This document shows, piece after piece, positions 10,794 to 21,954 of a DNA stretch of 64,000 nucleotides (the first letter of the stretch is position 1; each line of letters opens with the position of its first letter). Below the pieces are notes generated by a model. The model had not been told where the DNA came from and did no database searches. It saw nothing but the letters and a program-made list of their open reading frames with translations. Location: NCBI GenBank assembly GCA_036502185.1, contig DASXYZ010000002.1, positions 2,688-66,687 of the forward strand, read 5' to 3'. The stretch comes from Rhizomicrobium sp. (GTDB lineage: Bacteria; Pseudomonadota; Alphaproteobacteria; Micropepsales; Micropepsaceae). A program made the position numbers and the translations under genes.

Positions 10794-11828
10794 TCACATG
10801 CCGTGCGGACGGAAGACGAGAACCCAGCCCGCGGTCAGCGCAACCCAGACGAGCGAGGCGGGCAGGAACACTTTCCAGCCCAGCCGCATCAGCTGGTCAT
10901 AGCGATAACGCGGCACGATGGCCTTCACGATCGCGAACAGGAAGAAGAAGAACCAGATTTTCAGCACGAACCAGATGATTCCAGGAACTGCCGTGAGCGG
11001 CCACACATGCCAGGGCGGCAGCCAACCGCCGAAGAACAGGATCGACAGCATCGCGCACATGAAGACGACGTTCAGGTACTCGCCGATCATGAAGAGCAGG
11101 TACGGCGTCGCGGAATACTCGACCATGAAGCCCGCGACGAGTTCGGATTCGGCCTCTGGCAGGTCGAAGGGCGGCCGATTCGTCTCTGCGAGCGCGGAGA
11201 CGAAGAACACCACGAACATCGGAAACAGGATGGTGAACGCGAACCAGCCATGCGCTTGCGCGCGGACGATCGCCGAAAGATTGAGCGAGCCCGCAAACAG
11301 CAGGACGGTGATGATGACGAAGCCGATCGAGACTTCATAGCTCACCATCTGGGCTGCGGAGCGCAGGCCGCCCAGGAACGGATATTTCGAATTCGACGCC
11401 CAGCCGCCCATAATGATGCCGTACACGCCAAGCGAGGAGATCGCGAATACGTAAAGTATGCCGACGTTGATGTTGGCGATTACCCAGCCGTTGGCGACCG
11501 GCATCACCGCCCAGGCGGCAAAGGCCAGAATGAAGGTGATAAGCGGCGCGAGGAGAAATATGACCTTGTTCGCGCCAGCCGGAATAACGGCCTCCTTGAG
11601 CGCGAATTTGAAGAAGTCGGCGAAGGACTGGAGAAGCCCGAATGCGCCCACCACGTTGGGCCCGCGCCGGATCTGCACCGCCGCCCAGATCTTTCGGTCG
11701 GCGAGGAGCACGTAAGCCAGCATCAGAAGCAGCGCCACCACGAAAATGACGATGCTGACGATCTGACTGATCGCCCACGCCCAGCCGTAAGGCAGGCCCG
11801 TCTGCTGAAGCGCGTGCACGAACATCAT
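10794..11828 (-). CDS. nuoH: NADH-quinone oxidoreductase subunit H
   Basis: [38 protein letters not shown]; start moved to ATG 11828. Confidence 0.96.
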   Translation of the reverse strand: MMFVHALQQTGLPYGWAWAISQIVSIVIFVVALLLMLAYVLLADRKIWAAVQIRRGPNVVGAFGLLQSFADFFKFALKEAVIPAGANKVIFLLAPLITFILAFAAWAVMPVANGWVIANINVGILYVFAISSLGVYGIIMGGWASNSKYPFLGGLRSAAQMVSYEVSIGFVIITVLLFAGSLNLSAIVRAQAHGWFAFTILFPMFVVFFVSALAETNRPPFDLPEAESELVAGFMVEYSATPYLLFMIGEYLNVVFMCAMLSILFFGGWLPPWHVWPLTAVPGIIWFVLKIWFFFFLFAIVKAIVPRYRYDQLMRLGWKVFLPASLVWVALTAGWVLVFRPHGM

Positions 11829-11832
11829 GGGA

Positions 11833-13965
11833 TCATTCCGCCGCCAGCCGATGCGCGGTTCCGACGAATATGCGGCTGCACTCCGCCATGGTGCGGCTCG
11901 CTCGCGCAATCGGATTGGTGAGGTAGAAGTCGGTGATCTGCGACGCGAGCGGCAAGGCGGAATCGACAGGTCCTTCCGTTCCGATTGCCTCCCATACGTT
12001 TGCATCGGCCGCGGGTGGTGCGGGTAACGAGCCGACCTGCGCGAAATGCGACGCATCGGCGACAATGGCGGCGCCGAGCGCCTCGCGGCTGTCGTAAGGC
12101 AGGCGCTTGCCAATCACGTCGGAAAATGCGCGAAGGATTGCCCAGTCTTCTTTCGCCTCGCCTGGCGGGAACGTCGCCCGGCGTCCGCGCTGCACGCGGC
12201 CTTCGAAATTGACGTAGAGCCCATCTTTTTCGGTGTACGCGGCGCCCGGCAGCACCACGTCCGCGCGATGCGCGCCCGCATCGCCATGGGTGCCCTGATA
12301 AACCACGAAGGCATTGCCGAACGCGTCCGTCGGCAATTCGTCGGCGCCGAGCAGCCACACGAAATCGATGTCTCCGTTCGTAGCGCCATCGAGGATCGCG
12401 GGCGTGTCGCGTCCGCCCGGCTGCGGGACAAAGCCGAGATCGAGCGCGGCGACGCGCGAGGCGGCGGTGTGGAGGACGCTGAAGCCGTTCCAGCCGCCTT
12501 CCGCCGCCGATTGACCAGGTCCGATCATGCCGGTGGCGCCAGCAATGCGCGCGGCAAGTTTCAGGATCGCCGCACCATCGGGCCGCGCCAGCGCGCCGGG
12601 GCCGAGGATGAGCATCGGCCGCTCTGCATCCTTCAGCACTTTCGCGAAAGCATGACTTGCGTCCGCCAGTTCTCCGAGTATCGACGCGCTCTCGCCCAGT
12701 TGTTCGACCGGATAGGTGAGATCGTAAGCGCGTCCGACATTGGCGAGTTTGAGATTTCCGTTGAGCCAGGTCTTGCGCAGCCGCGCGTTCAATACCGGCG
12801 CTTCCCAGCGCGGATTGCTGCCGATGAGCAGCAGCGCGTCGGCGGATTCGACGCCGGCGATGGTGGTGTTGAAAAGATACGACTGCCGCGGTGCAGCCGA
12901 ATATTTTGCGCCGTCCTGGCGGCAGTCGAGATTGATGACACCGAGAGACAGCATCAGGTCCTTGAGCGCCTTGATCTCTTCTGCCGCGGCGAGATCGCCC
13001 ACGATGGCTGCCATGCGCTCGGGGCGTGTCGCGTTCATGCGCACGGCGATCGCGGCAAAGGCTTCGGACCAGCTGGCGCGGACGAGCCTGCCACCCCTGC
13101 GCAGGAACGGCCGGTCTAGCCGCTGGCGCTTGAGTCCGTCGCAGGCGTGGCGCGTCTTGTCGGAAATCCACTCCTCGTTGACGTCGTCGTTCTGCCGCGG
13201 CAGCACGCGCTGGACTTCGCGGCCGCGGGTATCGACGCGGATGTTGGCGCCCTGCCCGTCCATCACGTCGATGGACTCGGTCTTGCGTAGCTCCCACGGT
13301 CGCGCATTGAACGCGTAAGGCTTCGAGGTGAGCGCGCCCACCGGGCAAAGATCGACAGCGTTGCCCGACAGTTCCGATTCGAACGCCTTTTCGAGATAGG
13401 TCGTGATCTCGAGATCCTCTCCGCGGCCGGTGCCGCCAAGATCCGGCACGCCCGCGACCTCCGCCGCGAAGCGCACGCAGCGCGTGCACTGAATGCAGCG
13501 GGTCATGATCGTCTTGATCAGCGGACCCATGTACTTGTCGTCGACGGCGCGTTTGTTCTCGTTGAAACGATGATAGGCGGCGCGGCCATAGGCCACCGCC
13601 TGGTCCTGCAGGTCGCATTCGCCGCCCTGGTCGCAGATCGGGCAATCGAGCGGATGGTTGATGAGCAGGAATTCCATCACCCCTTCGCGTGCCTTCTTCA
13701 CAGCGGCGGATTTGGTGTTGATGCGCGCGGGGCTCCCGTCCTTGTTGGGAAAAATGTCGCGCACCTGTAGCGCGCAACTCGCCTGCGGCTTCGGCGCGCC
13801 CACCCATTCGACGAGACACATGCGGCAGTTGCCGGCGATCGACAGGCGCTCGTGATAGCAGAAGCGCGGGATTTCGGCGCCGGCCTGCTCGCAGGCCTGA
13901 ATGAGCGTGATGCTCTCCTCGGCCTCGATTTCTTTCCCGTCGATGATGAGCTTTCGCGCTGCCAT
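11833..13965 (-). CDS. nuoG: NADH-quinone oxidoreductase subunit G
   Basis: [47 protein letters not shown]. Confidence 0.97.
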   Translation of the reverse strand: MAARKLIIDGKEIEAEESITLIQACEQAGAEIPRFCYHERLSIAGNCRMCLVEWVGAPKPQASCALQVRDIFPNKDGSPARINTKSAAVKKAREGVMEFLLINHPLDCPICDQGGECDLQDQAVAYGRAAYHRFNENKRAVDDKYMGPLIKTIMTRCIQCTRCVRFAAEVAGVPDLGGTGRGEDLEITTYLEKAFESELSGNAVDLCPVGALTSKPYAFNARPWELRKTESIDVMDGQGANIRVDTRGREVQRVLPRQNDDVNEEWISDKTRHACDGLKRQRLDRPFLRRGGRLVRASWSEAFAAIAVRMNATRPERMAAIVGDLAAAEEIKALKDLMLSLGVINLDCRQDGAKYSAAPRQSYLFNTTIAGVESADALLLIGSNPRWEAPVLNARLRKTWLNGNLKLANVGRAYDLTYPVEQLGESASILGELADASHAFAKVLKDAERPMLILGPGALARPDGAAILKLAARIAGATGMIGPGQSAAEGGWNGFSVLHTAASRVAALDLGFVPQPGGRDTPAILDGATNGDIDFVWLLGADELPTDAFGNAFVVYQGTHGDAGAHRADVVLPGAAYTEKDGLYVNFEGRVQRGRRATFPPGEAKEDWAILRAFSDVIGKRLPYDSREALGAAIVADASHFAQVGSLPAPPAADANVWEAIGTEGPVDSALPLASQITDFYLTNPIARASRTMAECSRIFVGTAHRLAAE

Positions 13966-13970
13966 CGGCG

Positions 13971-15260
13971 CTACTCCGCCGCTTGCGCGAGCAGAACGCG
14001 CTTGCGCTCGCCGATCCTGCGCTCGATCTCGGGACGGAAGTGCCGCAGGAAGCCCTGCACCGGCCAGGCGGCGCCTTCGCCGAACGCGCAGATCGTATGG
14101 CCCTCGATCTGTTTGGTCACTTCCTGGAGCAGATCGATCTCGGCGATCTCCGCGTCACCCCGCTGCATGCGCGTCAGCACGCGCCACATCCAGCCGCAGC
14201 CTTCGCGGCAGGGCGTGCATTGCCCGCAGCTCTCGTGCTTGTAAAACCACGCGAGACGCGCGAACGCCTTGATGATGTCGGTCGATCTGTCCATCACCGT
14301 GACGGCGGCGGTACCGAGGCCCGATTTCACCGCGACGAGCGAATCGAAATCCATCAGGATGGTATCGGCGATCTCCTTCGACAGCACCGGCATTGACGAT
14401 CCGCCGGGAATGACGCCCATCAGATTGTCCCAGCCGCCGCGCACGCCCCCCGCATGGCGCTCGATGAGTTCGCGGAGCGGAATGCTCATCGCCTCTTCAA
14501 CATTGCACGGCTTGTTCACGTGCCCAGAGATGCAGAAGATTTTCGTGCCGGTGTTTTTGGGTCGGCCGATCCCCGCAAACCAGTCCGCGCCCCGGCGCAG
14601 GATCGTGGGCACAACGGCGATCGACTCCACGTTGTTGACGGTGGTCGGGCAGCCATAGACGCCCACATTCGCCGGGAACGGCGGCTTGAGCCGCGGCTGG
14701 CCCTTTTTTCCTTCGAGGCTTTCGAGGAGCGCGGTTTCTTCGCCGCAGATGTAGGCGCCCGCGCCATGGTGGACGTAACAGTCAAAATCCCAGCCATGGA
14801 CGTTGTTCTTGCCGATCAGCCGCGCTTCATTGGCCTGGTCGATCGCGGCCTGCAGGCGCTCGCGCTCGCGGATGAATTCGCCGCGCACATAGATGTAGCA
14901 GGCATGCGCGCGCATCGCGAAGCAGGCGATCAGGCACCCTTCGACGAGCAGGTGCGGGTCGTGCCGCATGATGTCACGATCCTTGCAGGTTCCGGGCTCC
15001 GATTCGTCGGCGTTGACGACGAGATAATGGGCCCGGTCTTTCACTTCCTTCGGCATAAAGGACCATTTGAGTCCGGTCGGGAATCCCGCGCCGCCACGGC
15101 CCCGCAGGCCCGAATCCTTCATTTCCTTGATGATCACGTCCTGCCCGCGTTCGAGGATCGCTTTGGTGCCGTCCCAGGCGCCGCGCGACATCGCGCCTTC
15201 GAGCGTCCAGTCCTCGAAACCGTAGAGATTGGTGAAAATGCGATCGCGATCAGCGAGCAT
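13971..15260 (-). CDS. nuoF: NADH-quinone oxidoreductase subunit F
   Basis: [53 protein letters not shown]; start moved to 15260. Confidence 0.97.
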   Translation of the reverse strand: MLADRDRIFTNLYGFEDWTLEGAMSRGAWDGTKAILERGQDVIIKEMKDSGLRGRGGAGFPTGLKWSFMPKEVKDRAHYLVVNADESEPGTCKDRDIMRHDPHLLVEGCLIACFAMRAHACYIYVRGEFIRERERLQAAIDQANEARLIGKNNVHGWDFDCYVHHGAGAYICGEETALLESLEGKKGQPRLKPPFPANVGVYGCPTTVNNVESIAVVPTILRRGADWFAGIGRPKNTGTKIFCISGHVNKPCNVEEAMSIPLRELIERHAGGVRGGWDNLMGVIPGGSSMPVLSKEIADTILMDFDSLVAVKSGLGTAAVTVMDRSTDIIKAFARLAWFYKHESCGQCTPCREGCGWMWRVLTRMQRGDAEIAEIDLLQEVTKQIEGHTICAFGEGAAWPVQGFLRHFRPEIERRIGERKRVLLAQAAE

Positions 15261-15345
15261 ACGTGAATCCATTGCCCGGCGCTCGGCCTGTGTTCCGCAC
15301 CCTCGGCAGCGCGATTTCCGGTGATGAAGTGGCGCCGGCAATTTT

Positions 15346-15502
15346 CACGCGGAGACGTAGAGACGCGGAACGAACGGTTTGAACCGCCAAGACGCCAAGA
15401 CCGCCAAGGGAAAATGGCGCGCAAAGCGCGCAAAAATCGCCTGGCGCGTTGGCGACTTGGCGTTTCCCGTTTTTCCGCTCTGCGGCTCCGCGGCTCCGCG
15501 TG
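15346..15502. repeat. Nested palindromic short-tandem-repeat element between nuoE and nuoF
   Basis: Outer arms CACGCGGAG-ACGTAGAG-ACGCGGA (15346-15369) / CTCTGCGG-CTCCGCGG-CTCCGCGTG (15478-15502); inner arms CCGCCAAG-ACGCCAAG-ACCGCCAAG (15384-15408) / CTGGCGCG-TTGGCGA-CTTGGCG (15441-15462). Confidence 0.8.
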
Positions 15503-15514
15503 CCGATTTTTTCG

Positions 15515-16123
15515 TCACGCATTGTCGCGCTCGTCCTTAAGTGTTGTAGGTCCGCCGAACGGTTCGGAGGAATGCCGGCCGGTCTGCGAACCAGGTTTTG
15601 GTTGCTCGCCGCGGCGGAACGATTCGAGAATGGTTTCGGCAGTCGCTTCGTCGAGGTCCTCGTAATAATCCTTTGCGATCTGCATCACCGGTGCGTTGAC
15701 GCAGGCGCCGAGGCATTCGACTTCCATCCAGCTGAACATGCCATCGGCGGAGATCGTGCTCGGCCGCGGCGCGATGTGCTTCTTGCAAGCGGCGACCACC
15801 GCGTCCGAACCCGCGAGCCAACAGGGCGTGGTCGTGCACACCTGGACGAGATGCCGTCCGACCGGCGCGAGATTGAACATGGTGTAGAAGGTGGCCACTT
15901 CGAGCACACGGATGTAGGCCATGCCGAGGAAACGCGCGACTTCCTCGATCATGGGCTTTGTCACCCAGCCTTCCTGCTCCTGCCCACGCCACAACAGCGC
16001 GATCACGGCCGAGGCCTGGCGGCCCGGCGGATATTTCGTCATCTCCTTCTCCGCCCACGCCCTGTTCTCGGCATTGAAGGCGAAGCTTGCAGGTTGCTGC
16101 TCGTGAAGGCGCCGCGCACTCAC
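15515..16123 (-). CDS. nuoE: NADH-quinone oxidoreductase subunit E
   Basis: [28 protein letters not shown] 2Fe-2S motifs. Confidence 0.97.
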   Translation of the reverse strand: MSARRLHEQQPASFAFNAENRAWAEKEMTKYPPGRQASAVIALLWRGQEQEGWVTKPMIEEVARFLGMAYIRVLEVATFYTMFNLAPVGRHLVQVCTTTPCWLAGSDAVVAACKKHIAPRPSTISADGMFSWMEVECLGACVNAPVMQIAKDYYEDLDEATAETILESFRRGEQPKPGSQTGRHSSEPFGGPTTLKDERDNA

Positions 16124-17301
16124 CGGTCGATCTCCCCGAACACGACATCGATCGAGCCGAGCACGGCGGGCACGTCGGCCAGCATGTGGCCCTTACAGAG
16201 AAAATCCATCGCCTGCAGATGGGGGTAGCTCGGCGCGCGGATTTTGCAGCGATAGGGTTTATTGCTGCCGTCCGCGACGAGATAGACGCCAAACTCGCCT
16301 TTGGGCGCTTCCACAGCCGCGTACACCTCGCCCGCCGGCACGTGATAACCTTCGGTGAACAGCTTGAAGTGATGGATGAGCGCTTCCATCGAGCGTTTCA
16401 TCTCGCCGCGCTTGGGCGGCACCACCTTGCGGTCATCGGAAATCACCGGTCCCGCGGGCATCTTCTCGATGCACTGCTTCATGATCCACGTGGACTGGCG
16501 CATCTCCTCCATGCGGATGAGATAGCGGTCGTAACAGTCGCCCTTCGTGCCCACCGGAATCTTGAAATCGAGTTCCGAGTAGCACTCGTAGGGCTGCGCG
16601 CGCCGCAGATCCCAGGCAAGGCCGGTCGAGCGCAGCATCACGCCCGAAAAGCCGCGCGCCTCCGCGTCTGCGCGGGTAAACGCGCCGATATCGACGTTGC
16701 GCTGCTTGAAGATGCGGTTTTCAGTCAGGAGTTCGTCGATGTCGTCCACGACCTTCGGGAAGCTCTCGCAGAACGCGTAGATGTCCTCGGCAAGACCGGC
16801 CGGAATATCCTGGTGAACGCCGCCGGTACGGAAGTAATTCGCGTGCAGGCGCGCTCCGGATGCGCGCTCGTAGAATATCATCAGCTTTTCGCGCTCTTCG
16901 AAGCCCCACAAAGGTGGCGTGAGCGCGCCGATGTCCAGCGCCTGCGTGGTGATCTGCAGGAGGTGATTGAGGAGCCGCCCGATCTCGGAGTAGAGCACGC
17001 GGATGTACTGCCCGCGCTTTGGTACCTCGATGCCCAGAAGCCGCTCGATGGCCAGCGAGAAGGCGTGCTCCTGGTTCATCGGCGCCACATAGTCGAGGCG
17101 GTCGAAATAGGGCAACGCCTGCAAATAGGTCTTGTGCTCGATCAGTTTTTCGGTGCCGCGGTGAAGCAGCCCGATATGCGGATCGATGCGCCGCACGATT
17201 TCGCCGTCGAGTTCCATCACAAGGCGCAGGACTCCGTGCGCGGCCGGGTGCTGGGGGCCCCAGTTGAGCGTCATGCGGCGGTCGTCGAGCGCCTCTGGCA
17301 T
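16120..17301 (-). CDS. nuoD: NADH-quinone oxidoreductase subunit D
   Basis: [44 protein letters not shown]. Confidence 0.97.
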   Translation of the reverse strand: MPEALDDRRMTLNWGPQHPAAHGVLRLVMELDGEIVRRIDPHIGLLHRGTEKLIEHKTYLQALPYFDRLDYVAPMNQEHAFSLAIERLLGIEVPKRGQYIRVLYSEIGRLLNHLLQITTQALDIGALTPPLWGFEEREKLMIFYERASGARLHANYFRTGGVHQDIPAGLAEDIYAFCESFPKVVDDIDELLTENRIFKQRNVDIGAFTRADAEARGFSGVMLRSTGLAWDLRRAQPYECYSELDFKIPVGTKGDCYDRYLIRMEEMRQSTWIMKQCIEKMPAGPVISDDRKVVPPKRGEMKRSMEALIHHFKLFTEGYHVPAGEVYAAVEAPKGEFGVYLVADGSNKPYRCKIRAPSYPHLQAMDFLCKGHMLADVPAVLGSIDVVFGEIDR

Positions 17302-17906
17302 CAGCTTCCCTTCGAAGCTTTCTCGTCACCCGGCAGCACGTAACGCGCGCCTTCCCACGGGCTCATGAAATCGAAATCGCGGAATTCCTGCACCAGATCG
17401 ACCGGTCGATAGACGACTCGCTTCTGCTCCTCGTCGTAGCGCAGCTCCACGTAACCCGTCAGCGGAAAATCCTTGCGGAGCGGATAGCCGGAGAACCCGT
17501 AATCGGTGAGGAGCCGGCGCAGATCGGGATGATCGGAAAATGCGATGCCGTACATGTCGAAAGTCTCGCGCTCGAACCAGTCCGCCGCGGGAAAGAGCCC
17601 GACGCAGGACGGCACTGGCGTGTTCTCGTCGGTCTGAAGCTTCACGCGGATGCGCCGGTTCTTCGACAGCGACAGGAGATGGTAGACGACATCGAAGCGG
17701 CATTCGCGCCTCGGCCAGTCTACGCCTGTGATATCGATCAGGACCTTGAACTCGCAGCCCGGATCGTCGCGCAGATAGCCGAGCACGCGCAGGACTCCCC
17801 CGCGCGCCACATCGAGCGTGAGTTCGCCGAGCGCGTTCGACTGTCCTTCGACCGCGCCTTCCAGCGCCGTCGCGACCGTCCGGCCGAATTCCTCGAGATC
17901 CTGCAT
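17301..17906 (-). CDS. nuoC: NADH-quinone oxidoreductase subunit C
   Basis: [38 protein letters not shown]. Confidence 0.97.
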   Translation of the reverse strand: MQDLEEFGRTVATALEGAVEGQSNALGELTLDVARGGVLRVLGYLRDDPGCEFKVLIDITGVDWPRRECRFDVVYHLLSLSKNRRIRVKLQTDENTPVPSCVGLFPAADWFERETFDMYGIAFSDHPDLRRLLTDYGFSGYPLRKDFPLTGYVELRYDEEQKRVVYRPVDLVQEFRDFDFMSPWEGARYVLPGDEKASKGS

Positions 17907-17912
17907 GGCGGT

Positions 17913-18449
17913 TCAGCGCTCGATCGTGCCCGTGCGGCGGATTTTGCGCTGCAGAAGCATGATTCCGTAAACCAGAGCTTCGGCGGTCGGCGGGCAGCCC
18001 GGGACGTACACATCGACGGGGAGGACACGGTCGCAGCCGCGTACCACCGAATAGGAATAGTGGTAGTAGCCGCCGCCGTTCGCGCAGGAGCCCATCGAGA
18101 TGACGTAGCGCGGCTCCGGCATCTGGTCATAGACCTTGCGCAGCGCCGGCGCCATCTTGTTGCAGAGCGTGCCCGCGACGATCATCACGTCGGACTGGCG
18201 CGGACTGGCTCTCGGCGCAAATCCGAACCGTTCGAGATCGTAGCGCGGCATGCTGGCCTGCATCATCTCGACCGCGCAGCAGGCGAGCCCGAACGTCATC
18301 CACATGAGCGAGCCCGTGCGCGCCCAGGTGATCAGGGAATCTGCGCTCGCGAGCAGATAGCCCTTGTTCTCGAATTGAGCCCGCATCGGGCCAAGAAATG
18401 GATCCTGCGCGCGGGCGGGATCGTCGGTAAAAAGACCCGCTACTCCCAT
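17913..18449 (-). CDS. nuoB: NADH-quinone oxidoreductase subunit B
   Basis: [27 protein letters not shown]; start moved to ATG 18449. Confidence 0.97.
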   Translation of the reverse strand: MGVAGLFTDDPARAQDPFLGPMRAQFENKGYLLASADSLITWARTGSLMWMTFGLACCAVEMMQASMPRYDLERFGFAPRASPRQSDVMIVAGTLCNKMAPALRKVYDQMPEPRYVISMGSCANGGGYYHYSYSVVRGCDRVLPVDVYVPGCPPTAEALVYGIMLLQRKIRRTGTIER

Positions 18450-18805
18450 TCCAGCGCGCCCTTTCTCCACTCGTAGATAAAGCCGACCGTGAGCACGCCC
18501 AGAAACGCCATCATCGACCAGAAGGCGAAGGCGCCCGTGGCGCGCAGCGTGATCGCCCAAGGGAACAGGAATGCCACCTCCAGATCGAAGATGATGAAAA
18601 GAATCGAGACCAGGTAAAAGCGCACGTCGAATTTCATGCGTGCATCGCCGAAGGCGTTAAAGCCGCACTCGTAGGCCGATAGCTTCTCGGGATAGGGATC
18701 CTTGGGCGCGAGCACGAAGGGAATCGCGATCAGCGCGATGCCCACCACGCCGGCGATGGCGATGAACAGCAGGATTGGCAGGTATTCCAGCAAAAGACCC
18801 GGCAT
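18440..18805 (-). CDS. nuoA: NADH-quinone oxidoreductase subunit A
   Basis: [41 protein letters not shown]. Confidence 0.97.
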   Translation of the reverse strand: MPGLLLEYLPILLFIAIAGVVGIALIAIPFVLAPKDPYPEKLSAYECGFNAFGDARMKFDVRFYLVSILFIIFDLEVAFLFPWAITLRATGAFAFWSMMAFLGVLTVGFIYEWRKGALEWE

Positions 18806-18932
18806 GCCGCCTTCCTCGACGGGCTAAACATTTGGCTCGCGGTATAGGCTGAGTGCCCATCTTGTGCAACGCGCGCGCGGCAGAAGATTTGCCACGCTCA
18901 CGAAGGATTTTGCAGGAATTTTTCGCGATCGA

Positions 18933-19009
18933 TGGCGGGAGCGACGGGGCTCGAACCCGCGACCTTCGGCGTGACAGGCCGACGCTCTAACCAACTGAGC
19001 TACGCCCCC
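18933..19009 (-). tRNA. tRNA-Asp (GUC)
   Basis: Cloverleaf GGGGGCG...TAGCTCAG..GTTCGAG..CGCTCCC-G-CCA; anticodon GTC. Confidence 0.96.
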
Positions 19010-19109
19010 GCGGGCGGCCTCGTTTCAGGAGGCGGCGCGATGTAGGGCCGCGAGGCTTTACGTGTCAAGGCGAAGCGAGGGAGCGCGCTTTGCTGCCGCG
19101 GATGCGGCC

Positions 19110-19541
19110 TCACGAGGTCGGCGGACGGCCGGGATGTAGTTCCTTCGACGTGAGCCGGCCATCGCCGTTCTTGTCGAGCTGGTCGAACAGCGAGCGCGGC
19201 GTGGCGGCGAACTCGTCGAAGTCGATGCAGCCGGTGTGCCGGAAGTCGATGAGCGGCGAGGCGGTCGAGGCGTCCGCCTTCCAGCGCGCCTCGTTGATCG
19301 GCCGAACTTCATCCGCGTCGAGGCAACCATCATGGTTTGTGTCGGCTGCGGCGAAATTGGCCCGCAAGCCCCGTTCCATTGCCGCGCGCGTCACCACGCC
19401 GGTGCGATCGGCATATTTCTCGAGCATTTCCGACGGCGGATGCCATTGCGGCGGGGGCGGCGCGCGATCGCCCGAACTGGCGCATCCGGCGGCGGACAAC
19501 ATGAGGCCGGCGCAGAAGACGAATTTTGAGGCGCGACTCAT
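19110..19541 (-). CDS. EF-hand lipoprotein
   Basis: Lipobox-like AAGC; loops DTNHDGCLDADE, DFRHTGCIDFDE, DKNGDGRLTSKE. Confidence 0.8.
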   Translation of the reverse strand: MSRASKFVFCAGLMLSAAGCASSGDRAPPPPQWHPPSEMLEKYADRTGVVTRAAMERGLRANFAAADTNHDGCLDADEVRPINEARWKADASTASPLIDFRHTGCIDFDEFAATPRSLFDQLDKNGDGRLTSKELHPGRPPTS

Positions 19542-19562
19542 CGGAACCAATTCCGCGGGTGC

Positions 19563-19638
19563 TGGTGGGCGGTGACGGGTTCGAACCGCCGACCCCTTCG
19601 GTGTAAACGAAGTGCTCTTCCGGCTGAGCTAACCGCCC
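19563..19638 (-). tRNA. tRNA-Val (UAC)
   Basis: GGGCGGTTAGCTCAG...TTTACAC...GGTTCGAA...CCGCCC-A-CCA; anticodon TAC. Confidence 0.95.
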
Positions 19639-19679
19639 GGGACAAGGAATACATAGCAGCTTTAGCGCGATGCGGGCAG

Positions 19680-19777
19680 CCTGGGACTGCGGGTGTCCCG
19701 CCCGTCATTTCCAAAAATAGCGGCAATCGCCAAATTGTGTTTAACAAAGCAGCGGGCGGGACGCCCGCGCTCCCAGG
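19680..19777. repeat. REP-like inverted repeat (CTGGGA.CGCGGGCGTCCCGCCCG type) downstream of hupB
   Basis: CCTGGGACTGCGGGTGTCCCGCCCG pairs with CGGGCGGGACGCCCGCGCTCCCAGG across an AT-rich spacer. Confidence 0.8.
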
Positions 19778-19781
19778 AAAT

Positions 19782-20054
19782 TTAATTCAACGCGTCCTTG
19801 AGCTGCTTGCCGGGGCGGAAGCGCGGCTGCTTGGACGGCTTGATGTCGATTTCCTGGCCGGTCTGCGGATTGCGGCCCTTCCCGCCCGCACGGTGCGACA
19901 CCTGGAAAACGCCGAAGCCCGTCAGGCGCACTTCATCGCCCGTCTTGAGTGCATCCGTGATCACATCGAATACCCCATCGACGGCCTTCGTCGCGTCATT
20001 TTTCGCAAGTCCGGTCTTGTCGGAAAGCTGCTGGATCAGGTCGTTCTTGTTCAC
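19782..20054 (-). CDS. hupB: HU family DNA-binding protein
   Basis: MNKNDLI, GFGVF, GRNPQTGQEI.I, P.FRPGK.LKDALN; GTG start. Confidence 0.95.
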   Translation of the reverse strand: MNKNDLIQQLSDKTGLAKNDATKAVDGVFDVITDALKTGDEVRLTGFGVFQVSHRAGGKGRNPQTGQEIDIKPSKQPRFRPGKQLKDALN

Positions 20055-20208
20055 CGCACCGCTCCTTTGCGAGTCACCGCCCGGACGGGAGTCTAGGGCG
20101 GCAGGCGGGAAGCCGCCAAGCCAAAATCGTGGACCATCACCATTTTTCCCGGGCAGGACAGGGCGGGATTTTTATCGAGAAATTGCCCAGGCTCGCATTT
20201 TGTCGCCC

Positions 20209-21870
20209 CTAGCCGGTCAACGGCGTGTCCCGTGTCGCAAGGAAAGCGTGAAGCGTCGCCACCACTTGCGAGCCCTCGCCCACCGCGGCCGCTACGCGCT
20301 TGACGGATCCCGCGCGCACGTCGCCCACCGCAAAGATGCCCGGACAATTCGTCTGGAAGGGATGGCGGCCGTTTCCGGCGAATGGCTCGGCACAGACGAA
20401 GCCTTTCGCATCCACTTCGACGCCCGATCGGGCGAGCCATTTCGTATTCGGCGCGGCGCCGATCAGAAGAAACAGATGCCGGATGGGATGGGTCGTCTCG
20501 TGTCCCGTTGCGCGATCCCGCCAGCGCACGCGTTCGAGCGCGCCGCCGCTACCTTCGAGCCCCGTCACTTCCGTACCCGTCAGCACTTCGACGTTGGGTT
20601 GGGCGGCGATGCGATCGCAGAGATAGCGTGACATGGTGGCATCAAGTGCCTTCCCGCGCACGATCATCCGCACCTTGCGTGCATGTCCCGCGAGAAAGAC
20701 GGCGGCCTGCCCCGCGGAATTGCCGGCGCCCACAAGCGCCACTTCCTCGCCCGAACAGAGCCTGGCTTCGAGCGGCGAGGCCCAGTAATGCACGTGTGAA
20801 CCTTCGTAGTCGCCGACATTTGCAACTTCCAATCGGCGGTATTCGGCGCCGCTCGCCACGACAACCGCGCGCGCCCGCACGGATTCGCCGCTCTCGAGGT
20901 GCAGAAGGAATACGTCGGAGCATTCAAGCTTTGTAACTTCTTCCGGGATCGCCAGTTCAGCGCCGAATTTCTGCGCCTGATTGTAGGCACGCGCCATCAG
21001 CGCCATGCCGGAAATGCCGGTCGGAAAGCCGAGGTAATTCTCGATGCGTGCGGACGCGCCCGCCTGGCCGCCGAAGGCACGGCAATCGAGAACTATGGCG
21101 GAGAGCCCTTCCGACGCCCCATAGACCGCGGCCGCCAGCCCGGCCGGCCCGGCGCCGACAATCGCCGCGTCATAGATCTTCGAGGTGTCGAGTGCGCGCA
21201 CGAGCCCAAGGCAGCGCGCGAGCTGGTATTCACCCGGATTGCGCAGCATCGACCCGTTCGGACAAATGACGATGGGCAGTTCGCCCGGCTGCACACGGAA
21301 ACGTTCCAGCGCGATCCTGCCGTCTTCGTCCTCTTCGGGATCGAGCCGGTGATGCGGATGCCCGTTGCGCCGCAGGAAATTTTCGAGCCGCAATACGTCG
21401 CGATCACCGGCGTGGCCGACGATAAGCGGACCGCCGACGTTCTGTTCGAGCAGTCCCACGCGGCGCAGGATCAGCGCGCGCATGATGCGCTCGCCCAGCT
21501 CGGCTTCCTCGACCATCAGCTCGCGAAGCCTGTGCGGAGGAATGAGAACCGCTTCGACGTCGCCCTCGGCGGTGCCGTTCACGAGCGATGGCCGGCCCGA
21601 CAATTGGGCCAGTTCGCCCTGAAATTCGCCGGGACCGTGAGTGATAATGGGAGAGTCAGGCGAATCGTGCGGCGCCATTCGGAGGTGACCTGCAAGCACC
21701 AGAATGAGTCCTGCCGTCGGTTCTCCGGCTTTCACCACGAGTTCGCCGGAGGGATAGCGACACAACTTTCCGAACCGCCGCAGGCGCTCGATCTCGTCGG
21801 GCGCGAGCCGCGGAAACATCTGTCCGCTCCGCGTCTCCATCACCGAGGGCCCTGATCCGTATTCGCTCAT
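20209..21870 (-). CDS. cNMP-binding domain fused to a thioredoxin-reductase-like FAD oxidoreductase
   Basis: N-terminal cNMP fold (GEFQGELAQLSGRP); VGAGPAGL, SARIENYLGFPTGISG, VGAGNSAGQ, FAVGDV. Confidence 0.88.
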   Translation of the reverse strand: MSEYGSGPSVMETRSGQMFPRLAPDEIERLRRFGKLCRYPSGELVVKAGEPTAGLILVLAGHLRMAPHDSPDSPIITHGPGEFQGELAQLSGRPSLVNGTAEGDVEAVLIPPHRLRELMVEEAELGERIMRALILRRVGLLEQNVGGPLIVGHAGDRDVLRLENFLRRNGHPHHRLDPEEDEDGRIALERFRVQPGELPIVICPNGSMLRNPGEYQLARCLGLVRALDTSKIYDAAIVGAGPAGLAAAVYGASEGLSAIVLDCRAFGGQAGASARIENYLGFPTGISGMALMARAYNQAQKFGAELAIPEEVTKLECSDVFLLHLESGESVRARAVVVASGAEYRRLEVANVGDYEGSHVHYWASPLEARLCSGEEVALVGAGNSAGQAAVFLAGHARKVRMIVRGKALDATMSRYLCDRIAAQPNVEVLTGTEVTGLEGSGGALERVRWRDRATGHETTHPIRHLFLLIGAAPNTKWLARSGVEVDAKGFVCAEPFAGNGRHPFQTNCPGIFAVGDVRAGSVKRVAAAVGEGSQVVATLHAFLATRDTPLTG

Positions 21871-21954
21871 GGAGAGACACTAGCCGGGAGGTGACGGAAA
21901 ATCATTCCGTCTCCCTCCAATTGAAGCTGAAATGTACAGGCGGAAAACGGCACC

